Positions 16,634 through 26,870 of a DNA stretch of 64,000 nucleotides are shown here, one piece after another. The notes beneath the pieces are model-generated. The model worked only from the letters and a program-made list of their open reading frames with translations, had not been told where the DNA came from and made no database searches. The stretch covers positions 705,643 through 769,642 of the forward strand of contig JAXHLS010000006.1 in NCBI GenBank assembly GCA_034522055.1, read 5' to 3'. Each line of letters opens with the position of its first letter. Positions within the stretch are counted from its first letter, which is position 1. The position numbers and the translations under genes were made by a program. This DNA comes from Gammaproteobacteria bacterium. GTDB lineage: Bacteria > Pseudomonadota > Gammaproteobacteria > JAABTG01.

Positions 16634-18178
16634 ATGGTTGACGACAACGGCGCACCCCGCAGGCCGGTACTGCTGATCATTCTGGACGGCTTCGGCGTCA
16701 ACCCGTCCAAGACCAACAACGCGGTGGCGGAGGCCAATACGCCTCGCTTCGACGAGTATTTCTGCCGCTATCCCCACACCCTGTTGCAGGCGTCGGGGCG
16801 CGCGGCCGGGCTGCCCGACGGCCAGATGGGGAACTCCGAGGTGGGCCACATGGCCATCGGCTCGGGCATGGTGATCCGCCAGGACCTGGTGCGCATCGAC
16901 GACGCCATCGCCGACGGCTCATTCCATGGCAACCCCGTGCTGGTGGAGCCCATGAAGCGTGCCGCCGCCGCCGGGCGTCCCCTGCATCTCGTCGGCATGG
17001 TGTCGGATGGCGGGGTCCACAGCCATGTGCGCCATCTCACCACCCTCATCGACATGTGTAATCGCTACGGCGTGCGGCCGGTGGTGCACATGATCACCGA
17101 CGGCCGCGACACGCCCCCCAAGGCCGCCCTGGAATACCTCGAGTCGGTGGACAAGGCCCTCGAGGTGTGCGGCGGCAGCATCGCCACGGTGAGCGGGCGC
17201 TATTACGCCATGGACCGTGACCATCGCTGGGAGCGCACGGCCCTGGCGTGGCGGGCCATCGTACGCGGCGAGGGCGGCGCCGCCGGATCGGCCCGGGAGG
17301 CCATCGAACAGTCCTACGAGTCGGGTGTGAACGATGAATTCATCTCGCCGGCGGTCATCGACGGCGGCTCCCCCTTCACCGGGGACGACGAGGTCATACT
17401 CTTCAACTTCCGCAAGGACCGCCCGCGGCAGTTGGTCTCCGCCCTGTTCGATCCGAAGTTCGGGGAATTCCCGCGGGGAGCTTACGAGCCCGTGCCGGTG
17501 ACCTGCATGACCGAATACGACAAGTGGTTCGGCTTGCCTTATGCCTTCGAGCAGGAGAAACCCGCCGTCACCCTGGGGCAGATCATCAGCGGTACCGGTC
17601 TCAAGCAGTTCCATTGTGCAGAGACGGAGAAATACGCCCATGTGACCTATTTCTTCAACGGTGGGCGCGGCGATCCCTACCCCGGGGAGGACCGTCTCAT
17701 CGTCCCTTCACCCAAGGTATCCACCTATGATCTGGCCCCCGACATGAGCGCCCGCGAGGTCGCGGACGCGGTCATCGAGGCCATCCGTGAGGACGAATAT
17801 GCCTTCCTGGTGGTGAACTTCGCCAACGGCGACATGGTAGGTCATACGGCGGTGCGCAGTGCCATCCTGCAGGCAGTGGAGACCATGGACCGCGAGGTGG
17901 GCCGGCTCATGGACGTGGCGCGGGAGCACGGCTACTCCATCATCCTGACGGCCGATCATGGCAACTGCGACGAGATGGTGGACCCCATCAGCGGCGAGCC
18001 CCAGACCCAGCATTCCGTCTATCCCGTGCCCTGCCTCATCGTGGACGAGGTGGCGTGGCGACTGGCCATCGGCTGTGGCCTCGCCAACATCACCCCGACG
18101 ATTCTGCACCTCATGGGCCTGCCCCGGCCCTCGGAGATCAAGGCCAAGTCGCTGCTCCTCGGTCCCATCCGCAGCTGA
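16634..18178 (+). CDS. gpmI: 2,3-bisphosphoglycerate-independent phosphoglycerate mutase
   Basis: 514 aa, with the iPGM hallmark N-terminus LLIILDGFGV and conserved Mn-binding regions. Confidence 0.9.
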   Translation: MVDDNGAPRRPVLLIILDGFGVNPSKTNNAVAEANTPRFDEYFCRYPHTLLQASGRAAGLPDGQMGNSEVGHMAIGSGMVIRQDLVRIDDAIADGSFHGNPVLVEPMKRAAAAGRPLHLVGMVSDGGVHSHVRHLTTLIDMCNRYGVRPVVHMITDGRDTPPKAALEYLESVDKALEVCGGSIATVSGRYYAMDRDHRWERTALAWRAIVRGEGGAAGSAREAIEQSYESGVNDEFISPAVIDGGSPFTGDDEVILFNFRKDRPRQLVSALFDPKFGEFPRGAYEPVPVTCMTEYDKWFGLPYAFEQEKPAVTLGQIISGTGLKQFHCAETEKYAHVTYFFNGGRGDPYPGEDRLIVPSPKVSTYDLAPDMSAREVADAVIEAIREDEYAFLVVNFANGDMVGHTAVRSAILQAVETMDREVGRLMDVAREHGYSIILTADHGNCDEMVDPISGEPQTQHSVYPVPCLIVDEVAWRLAIGCGLANITPTILHLMGLPRPSEIKAKSLLLGPIRS

Positions 18179-18188
18179 TACGGCGCCC

Positions 18189-18842
18189 TCAACCGTCCCG
18201 TCCCATGGCCTCCAGGCGCGCCGCCTCGTCCCGGGACAGGCGGCGCCAGGGGCGCGGCACCAGGCCCGGCACCCGGCGCATGAACTCCTCGTAGGCCCGT
18301 CCGTGGTAGACCCGCAGTTTGCGCTCCTCCAGCCGCGAGCCCACCACGAAATAGGCGGTGATGACGACCGCGCCGAGGAGCATGGCGGCGTCCATGTCCC
18401 GGGTCCACAGGATCACCAGACCCAGGGTATACCAGGGATGGCGCACGTAGCGGTGCAGAGGGGAGATCTTCAAGGACTCCTGGTCCTCGATCCCTTCGGC
18501 CCCGTCTCGCAGCTGGCGGGTGCCCAGGAACTCGGCACCATCGTAGTAACGCAGGGACCACAGGAACAGGCCGGCGGCGGCGGCGGCGAGACCGTTGGCC
18601 CCATAGAAGGCCCAGCCCTCCCAGCGCCACAGCCAGGGTCCCGGCCAGGTCAGGGTCAGCCATAACGGCGGCAGCAGCAACAGCACCGCCACGACGTTGA
18701 AGCCCAGCCTGTAGATGCCCATGGCGCGAGGCCAGCGGGTGGCCACCCCCCCCTTCATCCACAGGGAGGCGAGGAGGGAATGGATGGCGAAGTAGACGAG
18801 CCATGACAGGGCCAGCAGGATGAGTTGATAAGGGTGTTCCAT
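18189..18842 (-). CDS. Isoprenylcysteine carboxyl methyltransferase (ICMT/PEMT/NnrU) family membrane methyltransferase
   Basis: Multi-TM ORF with the C-terminal RHPWYTLGLVILW...EERKL motif typical of the ICMT family. Start taken at MEHPYQ. Confidence 0.6.
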   Translation of the reverse strand: MEHPYQLILLALSWLVYFAIHSLLASLWMKGGVATRWPRAMGIYRLGFNVVAVLLLLPPLWLTLTWPGPWLWRWEGWAFYGANGLAAAAAGLFLWSLRYYDGAEFLGTRQLRDGAEGIEDQESLKISPLHRYVRHPWYTLGLVILWTRDMDAAMLLGAVVITAYFVVGSRLEERKLRVYHGRAYEEFMRRVPGLVPRPWRRLSRDEAARLEAMGRDG

Positions 18843-18895
18843 GGACCTTGGCAAAGTGGAAAGCGGCTCTTGGGTTGTGTGCTAGTATCTGCCCG

Positions 18896-19357
18896 ATGCT
18901 GAGTTCACCCACCAAGATCAAACTGACGGGCTGCCAGCCGCGCACCCTGGCCAGCCTGCTCGATCTTCAGGAAACGAGCTATCTGCGGCTGCAGCGGCTG
19001 GTGCCTGATCTGGATGGTCTGCCGGACCATGCCGTGTCTTCGGTGGCCGGGGCCCTGGACCTTCATCTACATGTGGAGCATCGCCACCGTTTCACCACGG
19101 ACCTGGTATTGACCTACGCCTTGGCGGACGAGGAGGGCGCTCCCCTCTACGAGCCCAATCTCCATATTCGTCTCTATCGGGATGCAAGGGTCGCGGAGGC
19201 CACCAGCGGGCGTCTGCGGCGTCATGTGCATCACCGGTGCTGGCGTCGCCCGGATCCCAGCCCCCTCGAGGTCAAATGGGAACTCAACCGGTTTTTGCAG
19301 CGTTGGTTGGGCTATTGCCTGCATCAGGGGCATCTCTTCCTGCCCTTGGAGCGTTAA
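18896..19357 (+). CDS. DUF1249 (YqiB-like) protein
   Basis: Start at ATG 18896 (MLSSPTKIKL...). The length and conserved core are YqiB-like. Its neighbour is nudF, as in enterobacterial nudF-yqiB. Confidence 0.5.
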   Translation: MLSSPTKIKLTGCQPRTLASLLDLQETSYLRLQRLVPDLDGLPDHAVSSVAGALDLHLHVEHRHRFTTDLVLTYALADEEGAPLYEPNLHIRLYRDARVAEATSGRLRRHVHHRCWRRPDPSPLEVKWELNRFLQRWLGYCLHQGHLFLPLER

Positions 19358-19911
19358 GCGCCGCGCCGTTCCCCCGGGTCGCCGAACCCCCGGCAACGAT
19401 ACAGGGCCACGAGGGTCTTGGCATCCCGGATCTCACCACTGTCGGCGAGGGCCAAGGCCTGGTCCAGCCCCATCCAGTGGGTCTCGATGTACTCGTCGTC
19501 CTCGGTGTCGGCAGCCACCAGGGTCAGGTCCCGGGCCAGGTAGAGATGGAGCACCTCATCGCAAAAACCGGGGGCCGTGACGACCTCGCCCAGCTTGCGC
19601 CACGACCGCGCTACCAGGCCCGCTTCTTCCGCTAGTTCCCGGCGCGCGGTGTCCTCGGGAGACTCGCCGGGATCGAGCTTGCCGGCGGGCAGTTCCCACA
19701 GCCAGGTGCCGATGCAGGGACGGTACTGCCGGAGCAGAAGAACACGGCCGCCATCGTCCCCGCCATCATCAAAGGGCAGGGCGACGGCGCCTCCCGGATG
19801 CCGCACCACCTCGGTGGCGACGAGGCGGCCATCGGGGACTTCGAGCCATTCACGGGCGAGCCTGACGACTCCACCCTCGAAGAGTATTTCCGGGGCGGAT
19901 GTCATGGACAT
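19354..19911 (-). CDS. nudF: ADP-ribose pyrophosphatase (NUDIX hydrolase)
   Basis: Nudix box GKLDPGESPEDTARRELAEEAG. N-terminus MSMTSAPEILFEGG. Confidence 0.8.
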   Translation of the reverse strand: MSMTSAPEILFEGGVVRLAREWLEVPDGRLVATEVVRHPGGAVALPFDDGGDDGGRVLLLRQYRPCIGTWLWELPAGKLDPGESPEDTARRELAEEAGLVARSWRKLGEVVTAPGFCDEVLHLYLARDLTLVAADTEDDEYIETHWMGLDQALALADSGEIRDAKTLVALYRCRGFGDPGERRGA

Positions 19912-19969
19912 GCTGCGCCAGGCACGAACAGCTGTAAAGACCGGTCCGGCTCTCGGCTGACGGGGTTGC

Positions 19970-20347
19970 TCAGGCGTCGTTGCTGGCAGCCTGCTGCTTC
20001 GCGATCTCCTCCCGCACCTGATCCATGTCCAGATCCTTGGCCTTCTGGATGATCTCATCCAGGGCCGCTGCCGGCAGCATGCCGGGCTGGGAGAAGATGA
20101 CGATCTGGTCGCGAAAAATCATGAGGGTAGGAATGGAACGCACCTGAAACATAGCCGCGAGCTGCTGCTGCTCTTCGGTATTGACCTTGCCGAAGACCAC
20201 GTCGGTATACTTGTCCGAGGCCTCTTCGAAGATGGGCTCGAACATCTTGCAGGGACCACACCACGATGCCCAGAAATCGACCAGGACGATGCCATTGTTA
20301 TCGATGGTGTCCCTGAAATTCTCTTCTGTAAGTGCAACAGTTGCCAC
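19970..20347 (-). CDS. Thioredoxin
   Basis: 125 aa, WCGPC active site. Confidence 0.85.
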   Translation of the reverse strand: MATVALTEENFRDTIDNNGIVLVDFWASWCGPCKMFEPIFEEASDKYTDVVFGKVNTEEQQQLAAMFQVRSIPTLMIFRDQIVIFSQPGMLPAAALDEIIQKAKDLDMDQVREEIAKQQAASNDA

Positions 20348-20707
20348 GTTTTCACTCCTGATGGCCCGGCACGTTGGGGATAGTGGGTATCCCTGAATCA
20401 GAAATTTATCAGGAACAACGTATTCCCCGGCTTGACCGGGACGGTGGATGGGGGATTGATGAGACTGGCTTTCAAGAGGCTATAAGGATCCGCCCAAGCG
20501 GTCAAGTAATCACTAATAAACCAGTGGGATTATGGTCGCACCCCGGCGCGTACCCTAGCCTCGAAGGCTTGACCGCACGGGCGGCCGGAGGCGTGGCTGC
20601 CATTGCATTCACCGCCCCGACCCTCATATCACGAGACACGGACCGGTCCCGGGGGAAGGCTGTTGCGCTCCGGACCTGCAACACACCAAGACACCAGGAA
20701 GCCACCC

Positions 20708-23119
20708 ATGAATGACGACGTCGAAGTGATCCCGGAAGAAGAGGAAGCCACCCAGCACCCGCCATCCCGCTCGGAGCTGGCGGTGGCCACCGAGATCCTT
20801 CCCGAAACCCTTATCATCCTGCCCCTGTCGGACCGCCCCTTCTTTCCACCCCAGACCCTGCCCATCATCCTCGATGCCGAGCCTTGGCTCGAGAGCATGC
20901 GTCGGGTAGGCGACACCGCGCACCACCTGGCGGGGCTGGTGATGGGGGATCGCAACGAGAACAAGCACCACGACCCGCAGGAATTCGCCGAGGTGGGCAC
21001 CGCGGTGCGGGTTCATGAACCCATGCAGCACGGTGGGCAGCTGCAGTTCGTGGCGGAAGGCATCAAGCGCTATCGCATCGTCGAATGGTTGTCCCGGGAA
21101 CGGCCCTACGTGGCCCGCGTGGAGTATCTCGATGACGAGGAGAGTGGGAACAAGGACGAGATGCGGGCCTATGGTATGGCCATCATCAACACCATCAAGG
21201 AGTTGTTGCCCCTGAATCCCCTCTACAGCGAGGAACTCAAGTTCTTCCTGAACCGCTTCAAGCCCACCGACTCTTCGCCCCTGACGGATTTCGCGGCGAC
21301 CCTGACCACCGCCTCCCGCGACGAGTTGCAGGACGTGCTGGAGACCCGCAACCTGCACCGGCGCATGGAAAAGGTACTCCTGCTCTTGAAAAAAGAGGTG
21401 GAGGTGGCCCGGGTGCAGACGGAGATCCGCGAACAGGTGGAGGAGAAGGTGTCCCGCCAGCAGCGGGAGTTCTTCCTGCGCGAACAGCTCAAGGCCATCC
21501 AACAGGAACTCGGCATGGCCAAGGACGACAAGACGGCCGAACTCGACCGTTTCCGCGAGCGCCTTGAGGAGTTGGATATACCCGCCCCGGTGGAGGAACG
21601 GATCACGGAGGAGATGAACAAGCTGTCCGTGCTGGAGGCCGGCTCGCCGGAGTACGGCGTGACCCGCAACTACCTGGACAGTCTGACCAGCCTGCCCTGG
21701 GGCGTTTACACCAAGGATCGCGTCGATCTCAAGCGGGCCCGGGGGATCCTGGACCGTGACCATGATGGTCTTAGCGATGTGAAGGATCGCATCATCGAGT
21801 TCCTGGCGGTGGGCGTGCTGAAGGGCACCGTGGCGGGCTCCATCCTGCTGCTGGTGGGGCCGCCGGGTGTGGGCAAGACCTCCATCGGGCATTCCATCGC
21901 CGATGCCCTGGGCCGCAAGTTCTATCGCTTCTCCGTCGGCGGCATGCGCGACGAGGCGGAGATCAAAGGTCACCGGCGCACCTACATCGGTGCCATGCCG
22001 GGCAAGGTCATCCAGGCCCTCAAGGAGACGCGGACCAGCAATCCGGTGATCATGCTGGACGAGATTGACAAGATCGGCGCCTCCTTCCAGGGGGACCCGG
22101 CATCGGCCCTCCTGGAGGTGCTGGATCCGGAGCAGAACGACAACTTCCTGGACCACTACCTGGACGTGCGCTATGACCTGTCCAAGGTGCTGTTCATCTG
22201 TACCGCCAACCAGCTGGACACCATCCCCAAGGCTTTGCTGGATCGTATGGAGACCATCCGCCTGTCGGGCTACATCACCGCGGAGAAGCTGGACATCGCC
22301 AAACATCATCTGTGGCCCCGCCAGCTGGAGCGGGTGGGCCTGAAACGCGCCCAATTGAAGATCACCGATGCCGCCATCCGCCGGGTCATCGAGGGCTACG
22401 CCCGCGAAGCGGGGGTGCGGGGGCTGGAGAAACAACTGGGCCGCATCGTGCGTAAGGCGGTGGTGAAACTGGTGGACAGCCGCGGCAAGGCCAAGGTGAA
22501 GGCGCTCAGCGTGAGCGAGCGGGACATCCCCGATTATCTCGGGCAGCCGGTGTTCCAGAAGGAGGAGGCCATGTATGGGGTGGGCGTCATCACCGGCCTG
22601 GCCTGGACCCCCATGGGGGGCGCCACCCTCAACGTGGAGGCGACCCGGGTGCACTCCAAGAACCGCGCCTTCAAGCTCACGGGCCAGTTGGGGGACGTGA
22701 TGCGGGAGTCGGCGGAGATCGCCTACAGTTACGTGGCCTCCCATGTAAAGGCCTTCGGCGGTCAGGAGACCTTCTTCGATGACGCCTTCATTCACCTCCA
22801 CGTGCCCGAGGGCGCGACGCCCAAGGACGGACCCAGCGCCGGCATCACCATGGCCAGCGCCCTGTTGTCCCTGGCCCTCGGCCGCCGTCCCCGGCGTTCC
22901 CTGGCCATGACCGGCGAACTCACCCTCACCGGCAAGGTGCTGCCTGTGGGGGGGATCCGGGAGAAGGTCATCGCGGCCCGCCGCTCTGGTACCAAACATC
23001 TCATTCTGCCCAAGGCGAATGAAAGTGATTTCAATGAATTACCGGATTATCTTAAAGTCGGGCTGACGGTTAATTTCGCGGCCCATTACCGTGACGTCGC
23101 GGCCTTGGTGTTCGTCTGA
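20708..23119 (+). CDS. lon: ATP-dependent Lon protease
   Basis: Start MNDDVEVIPEE. Walker A GPPGVGKTS. Ser-Lys dyad region PKDGPSAGITMASAL. Confidence 0.92.
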   Translation: MNDDVEVIPEEEEATQHPPSRSELAVATEILPETLIILPLSDRPFFPPQTLPIILDAEPWLESMRRVGDTAHHLAGLVMGDRNENKHHDPQEFAEVGTAVRVHEPMQHGGQLQFVAEGIKRYRIVEWLSRERPYVARVEYLDDEESGNKDEMRAYGMAIINTIKELLPLNPLYSEELKFFLNRFKPTDSSPLTDFAATLTTASRDELQDVLETRNLHRRMEKVLLLLKKEVEVARVQTEIREQVEEKVSRQQREFFLREQLKAIQQELGMAKDDKTAELDRFRERLEELDIPAPVEERITEEMNKLSVLEAGSPEYGVTRNYLDSLTSLPWGVYTKDRVDLKRARGILDRDHDGLSDVKDRIIEFLAVGVLKGTVAGSILLLVGPPGVGKTSIGHSIADALGRKFYRFSVGGMRDEAEIKGHRRTYIGAMPGKVIQALKETRTSNPVIMLDEIDKIGASFQGDPASALLEVLDPEQNDNFLDHYLDVRYDLSKVLFICTANQLDTIPKALLDRMETIRLSGYITAEKLDIAKHHLWPRQLERVGLKRAQLKITDAAIRRVIEGYAREAGVRGLEKQLGRIVRKAVVKLVDSRGKAKVKALSVSERDIPDYLGQPVFQKEEAMYGVGVITGLAWTPMGGATLNVEATRVHSKNRAFKLTGQLGDVMRESAEIAYSYVASHVKAFGGQETFFDDAFIHLHVPEGATPKDGPSAGITMASALLSLALGRRPRRSLAMTGELTLTGKVLPVGGIREKVIAARRSGTKHLILPKANESDFNELPDYLKVGLTVNFAAHYRDVAALVFV

Positions 23120-23174
23120 GATCCGTTCACTGTGACAGCGGGGGCTATCCTATGCGTTCTGTCGGTGGTGGGTA

Positions 23175-25142
23175 TCAGCGCGCCGTCCCGGACGGTGGCA
23201 CCGGGGGCATGCGGGCGCTCAGGCGCGTGGGGGTGGCATCCAGAAAGGTCTGGTAGATGGCGGTGTAGCTGAAGACCCGCTTGACGTATTTACGGGTCTC
23301 GTAGAAGGGGATGTCCTCCACCCAGATGTCGGCCGCCAACGGCTGTGCCTCGGGCAGCCAGGACCGGACCCGATGGGGGCCCGCGTTGTATGCCGCCGTG
23401 GCCAGTACGGCATGGTCGTCGAAGCGTTCCATCAGACCGCGCAGGTAGGCCGCGCCCAGGGCGATGTTGTTGTCCACGTCGAAGAGGTCACGGCTGCTCG
23501 CCCGGCTCTTCAGGTCTCGGGCCACGCTGCGGGCGGTGCCGGGCAGCAGTTGCATGAGGCCGAGGGCCCCCTTGGGGGAACGGGCCTCGGGCGCGAAGGC
23601 ACTCTCCTGGCGCGCCACGGCAAAGACCCACGCCGGATCGAGCCCCTGGGCCTCGGCCCTGGCCATCACCACGTCGCGATGGGGCAGGGGAAAGCGCACG
23701 TCCAGGTAATCCCAGGACTCGCTGCGGCCGAGGGCGAGAATGGCGTGAAAATGGCGCCCCTGCTCGTGGGCCACCGCCGCCAGGGCCTCCAGTTCATCCC
23801 GGTCGAGATGGGTGCGCAGATGGTGCCACTCCCGCCGGGCATCAAGATCCCGGCCGAGGGCATAGAGTTCGCGGATACGGGCCAGGGCCGGCAGGGCACG
23901 CACGCGGGCGGCGGTTGCCGCGGCGGGCTCGAGTCCACGATGGTTGAGGCGGTATGGTTGCTCCAGCCGGTCGGCGGCCAGAAAACCATAAAAACTGCGC
24001 AGTCGGGCGATCTCGCTATAGAGTTCGCGAGCGGCCTCGCCATTCCCCGTGGCCTCGAGGGCTCGGGCCCGCCAGTAGCGCCAGCGACCGCTGGCCTCCT
24101 CGCCGGGGCCGCGGGCGTCCAGCCACTCGAGGACGCCTTGCCAGTCATCCAGTTTGGCGTGGCCCATGGTGCGGGCCCGGTGCACCTGCTCGTCGGCGGT
24201 CTCCTCCGTCACCCGCGCCAGCCATTCCATGGCCTCATGGGGATGTCGGCGATAGAGATACAGACCCAGGGTCCTCGCTACCGCCGACCCCTGGGCCGGG
24301 GAAAACGCATGCCGGTCACGGATCTGTAACCAGGCCCGTGCCGCCGCCGAGGGGGAGCGCCGGACCCAACGGCCGATTCCATAGACGACGATCTCGCGGG
24401 CCTGTTCATGATCGGCGTGGAGTCGGCGGTCCTCGAGGATGGTCTCCGGCCGCCGCCGGACCGCGATCCACAGGTCCACCCAGGGCTGATCCGCCGCGGG
24501 CAGGAAACGTTTCAGATAGGTGGCCAGGCTCGGTCTTCCCGCCTCCATGGCGAGGCCGATACGCCGCCACACCAGTTCAGGGGTGAGGTGTCCGCGGCCT
24601 TCCATCAGGGCGAACACCGGGTCGCATTCGTCCGGCTGGGACTGCCCCGCCAACCATACCTCGGGGGCCCGGGCCAGGGCCGCGTCCTCGTCACCACTCT
24701 CCGCCAGGGCGTGGAGGTGGCGACAGGCCATGGCCGTATAACCGGTGGGTTCGAAGAACTCGAGAAAGGTCTCCCACGCCCCGCGCCGATAGAGCCATCT
24801 CAACCACTGCGAGCGCAGCCTCGAGGCCAGGGGCGTGTCGGCATGGTCCGCAAGGAAGGTTGCCACCGCGGGGGCATCGGCGAGCCGCGGGCGTCGCGTC
24901 AGTGCCTCGTATACCAGATAGGGATAGAGGGGATGGTCCCGCAGGGATTCCACCTCTTGGGTAGTAGCCACGCCCATTTTTACCCTGGCCTCCACCTCCT
25001 CGAAGGCCTGACGGCGCCCCGCCTCATCACTGCTCGCCCCCGCGCCCCACGTCCCGAGGAGGAGGGCGATGACGACCACCATAACCATTCCCAGACGGTT
25101 TGGGATATCGCGCCTCCCCAAGTTCCACATGCCGTTTTTCAT
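23175..25142 (-). CDS. slt: Soluble lytic murein transglycosylase
   Basis: Signal-peptide start MKNGMWNLGRRD...VVVIALLLG, a superhelical N-domain, and the C-terminal catalytic motif ESAFAPEARSPKGALGLMQLLPGTA. Confidence 0.8.
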   Translation of the reverse strand: MKNGMWNLGRRDIPNRLGMVMVVVIALLLGTWGAGASSDEAGRRQAFEEVEARVKMGVATTQEVESLRDHPLYPYLVYEALTRRPRLADAPAVATFLADHADTPLASRLRSQWLRWLYRRGAWETFLEFFEPTGYTAMACRHLHALAESGDEDAALARAPEVWLAGQSQPDECDPVFALMEGRGHLTPELVWRRIGLAMEAGRPSLATYLKRFLPAADQPWVDLWIAVRRRPETILEDRRLHADHEQAREIVVYGIGRWVRRSPSAAARAWLQIRDRHAFSPAQGSAVARTLGLYLYRRHPHEAMEWLARVTEETADEQVHRARTMGHAKLDDWQGVLEWLDARGPGEEASGRWRYWRARALEATGNGEAARELYSEIARLRSFYGFLAADRLEQPYRLNHRGLEPAAATAARVRALPALARIRELYALGRDLDARREWHHLRTHLDRDELEALAAVAHEQGRHFHAILALGRSESWDYLDVRFPLPHRDVVMARAEAQGLDPAWVFAVARQESAFAPEARSPKGALGLMQLLPGTARSVARDLKSRASSRDLFDVDNNIALGAAYLRGLMERFDDHAVLATAAYNAGPHRVRSWLPEAQPLAADIWVEDIPFYETRKYVKRVFSYTAIYQTFLDATPTRLSARMPPVPPSGTAR

Positions 25143-25264
25143 CAAAAGTCTGGGGTCGAAGGCCCCGGGGCGATGCATTATCCTCGACGTGTTTTCGCTT
25201 TGAAACCACCTTGGCCGACACCGGCTGACGCCGCCCTGCAGGCCGCGCAACCACGAGGAGAGGA

Positions 25265-25615
25265 ATGGAAAGACCACAGATAAACACGGCGCTTCCCGAA
25301 CGGCGTTATCACATCGGCACCTTTCAGGCCGTCATCCTGGGGGACATCGAGAGCCCCGATGAGAACAGCTATTTCTTCATTCTCGCCCTCGTCCCGGAGG
25401 GTGTGGAGGACCCGGTACTCTATGTCATCTCTGAAGAGGTGGTCACCGAGGACGATATGAAGGCCACTGTCATCACCGTCAGGTCGGAGGACGGGGAAAA
25501 GGTTCTCGGCCCCAACCCCGAGTGGCGGGATATCGAGGGGTTCGCCCGTGACGCGTTGGCCATCGTCCAGCGCGTCATGAGGCTCACCGATGAAGCCCCC
25601 AACAGGTTGATGTAG
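25265..25615 (+). CDS. Small acidic hypothetical protein
   Basis: 116-aa ORF divergent from slt. No recognisable motif. Coding-like GC3 usage. Confidence 0.4.
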   Translation: MERPQINTALPERRYHIGTFQAVILGDIESPDENSYFFILALVPEGVEDPVLYVISEEVVTEDDMKATVITVRSEDGEKVLGPNPEWRDIEGFARDALAIVQRVMRLTDEAPNRLM

Positions 25616-25685
25616 GGATGAGCAAGGGTGACGGCCGGACGGTGAACCCGCCCGAGATGTCGGTCAGGAGCGCAACAGGGTCGCC

Positions 25686-26462
25686 TCAGGGGCTCATGGG
25701 TGCCGCGGCGGGGGTGACGTCCTCGTAGTCGTAGTCGTAGTCGTTCTGTTCGGGCGGGTCGCCGTCGTAAATGAGGAATTGGCGCCGTTGCAGGTAGGCG
25801 TCACGAATGAAGGCATACTGGTCCAGGGCCGCGGTCTCCACGATATTGGTGGTGCGCATCAGGTCGGCGCGCATGTCGACGAGTTCCAGTGCAAGCAGTG
25901 CCCGGCGGGTATCCCGGTCCTTGAACTCCCAATAGTCGTCCACCTCGAAACCGACATACCATCCTACGGCGTCCCGGACCGTGTGAGGACCGAGGAAGGG
26001 CAGGACCACATAAGGCCCGGGCTCTATACCCCACACGCCGAAGGTCTGGCCGAAATCCTCGTTGTGGGCCTCGAGGCCCACGCTGCTCGCCACGTCGATG
26101 AACCCCAGGATGCCGAACGTGGTATTCATCAGTACCCGCCCGCCGTCCGAGGCCGCGTCTCCCGGCTTGCCCTGGAGGAGGTTGTTTATCAGAACCAGCA
26201 GGTCGCCGATGTTGCCGAAGAAGTTGGTGACCGCCGTGTCAACGGGCTCGGGGGTCACGAGCTTGTAGGTCTCGGCCAGAGGCTTGCCGATGCCGCGGTC
26301 GAAGTCGGTGTTGAAGGCGTGTACCGAGCGGTTGAACCCTTCCCAGGGATCACGGGGGTCGACGTGTTCCGGGGCGGTGGCGCATCCCGTGACCAGGAGG
26401 GCCAACAGGGCGGTGCCGAGCAGGGCGCCGACGTCCGACAGGGATCTGGGAATGGCCCTCAT
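25686..26462 (-). CDS. mlaA: Outer-membrane lipoprotein MlaA (VacJ family)
   Basis: Lipobox LLVTGCAT. Conserved MlaA core NRSVHAFNTDFDRGIGKPLAETYKLVTPEPV. Confidence 0.85.
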   Translation of the reverse strand: MRAIPRSLSDVGALLGTALLALLVTGCATAPEHVDPRDPWEGFNRSVHAFNTDFDRGIGKPLAETYKLVTPEPVDTAVTNFFGNIGDLLVLINNLLQGKPGDAASDGGRVLMNTTFGILGFIDVASSVGLEAHNEDFGQTFGVWGIEPGPYVVLPFLGPHTVRDAVGWYVGFEVDDYWEFKDRDTRRALLALELVDMRADLMRTTNIVETAALDQYAFIRDAYLQRRQFLIYDGDPPEQNDYDYDYEDVTPAAAPMSP

Positions 26463-26870
26463 GAGATGAAATCCTTATGTGCTGATGGCAATGCGGGCAA
26501 GGCAGGCCTGCCGCGAGATTGAATGATTATAGCGGGCGGCTTGAGCAACATGAATTACAACTGTAACCTAGAGGGATGACAACGACAAGGAAATCAGCGC
26601 CTTTCCGAATTTGTTTAATCGCAGACTCATCAGCACCCGGCTGATACCCCCTGGCGTGCCGGCGTCTTTGTGGGAGACCCTTCGCGCTTCGACGCTCAAC
26701 GAACGAAAAACTCTTGCTATGCATGTGATTCGAGCCCAAAGCTCAAGCCCTTAAACTATTTTTCGCACCAGACGCTAAGGTTAGGAAAGGGATTCCATTT
26801 CGCCGGCGCCATCAGGGTCATGGTCTCGATTCCCTGCGTGGCGTACCACTCACACGATTGACGGTACTTT

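Noticed and set aside
20348-20707. Possible sigma-32 heat-shock promoter upstream of lon (CTTGAC-like -35 elements at ~20430 and ~20570)
   Set aside because: No convincing CCCCATnT -10 element at the right spacing, so it is not called.
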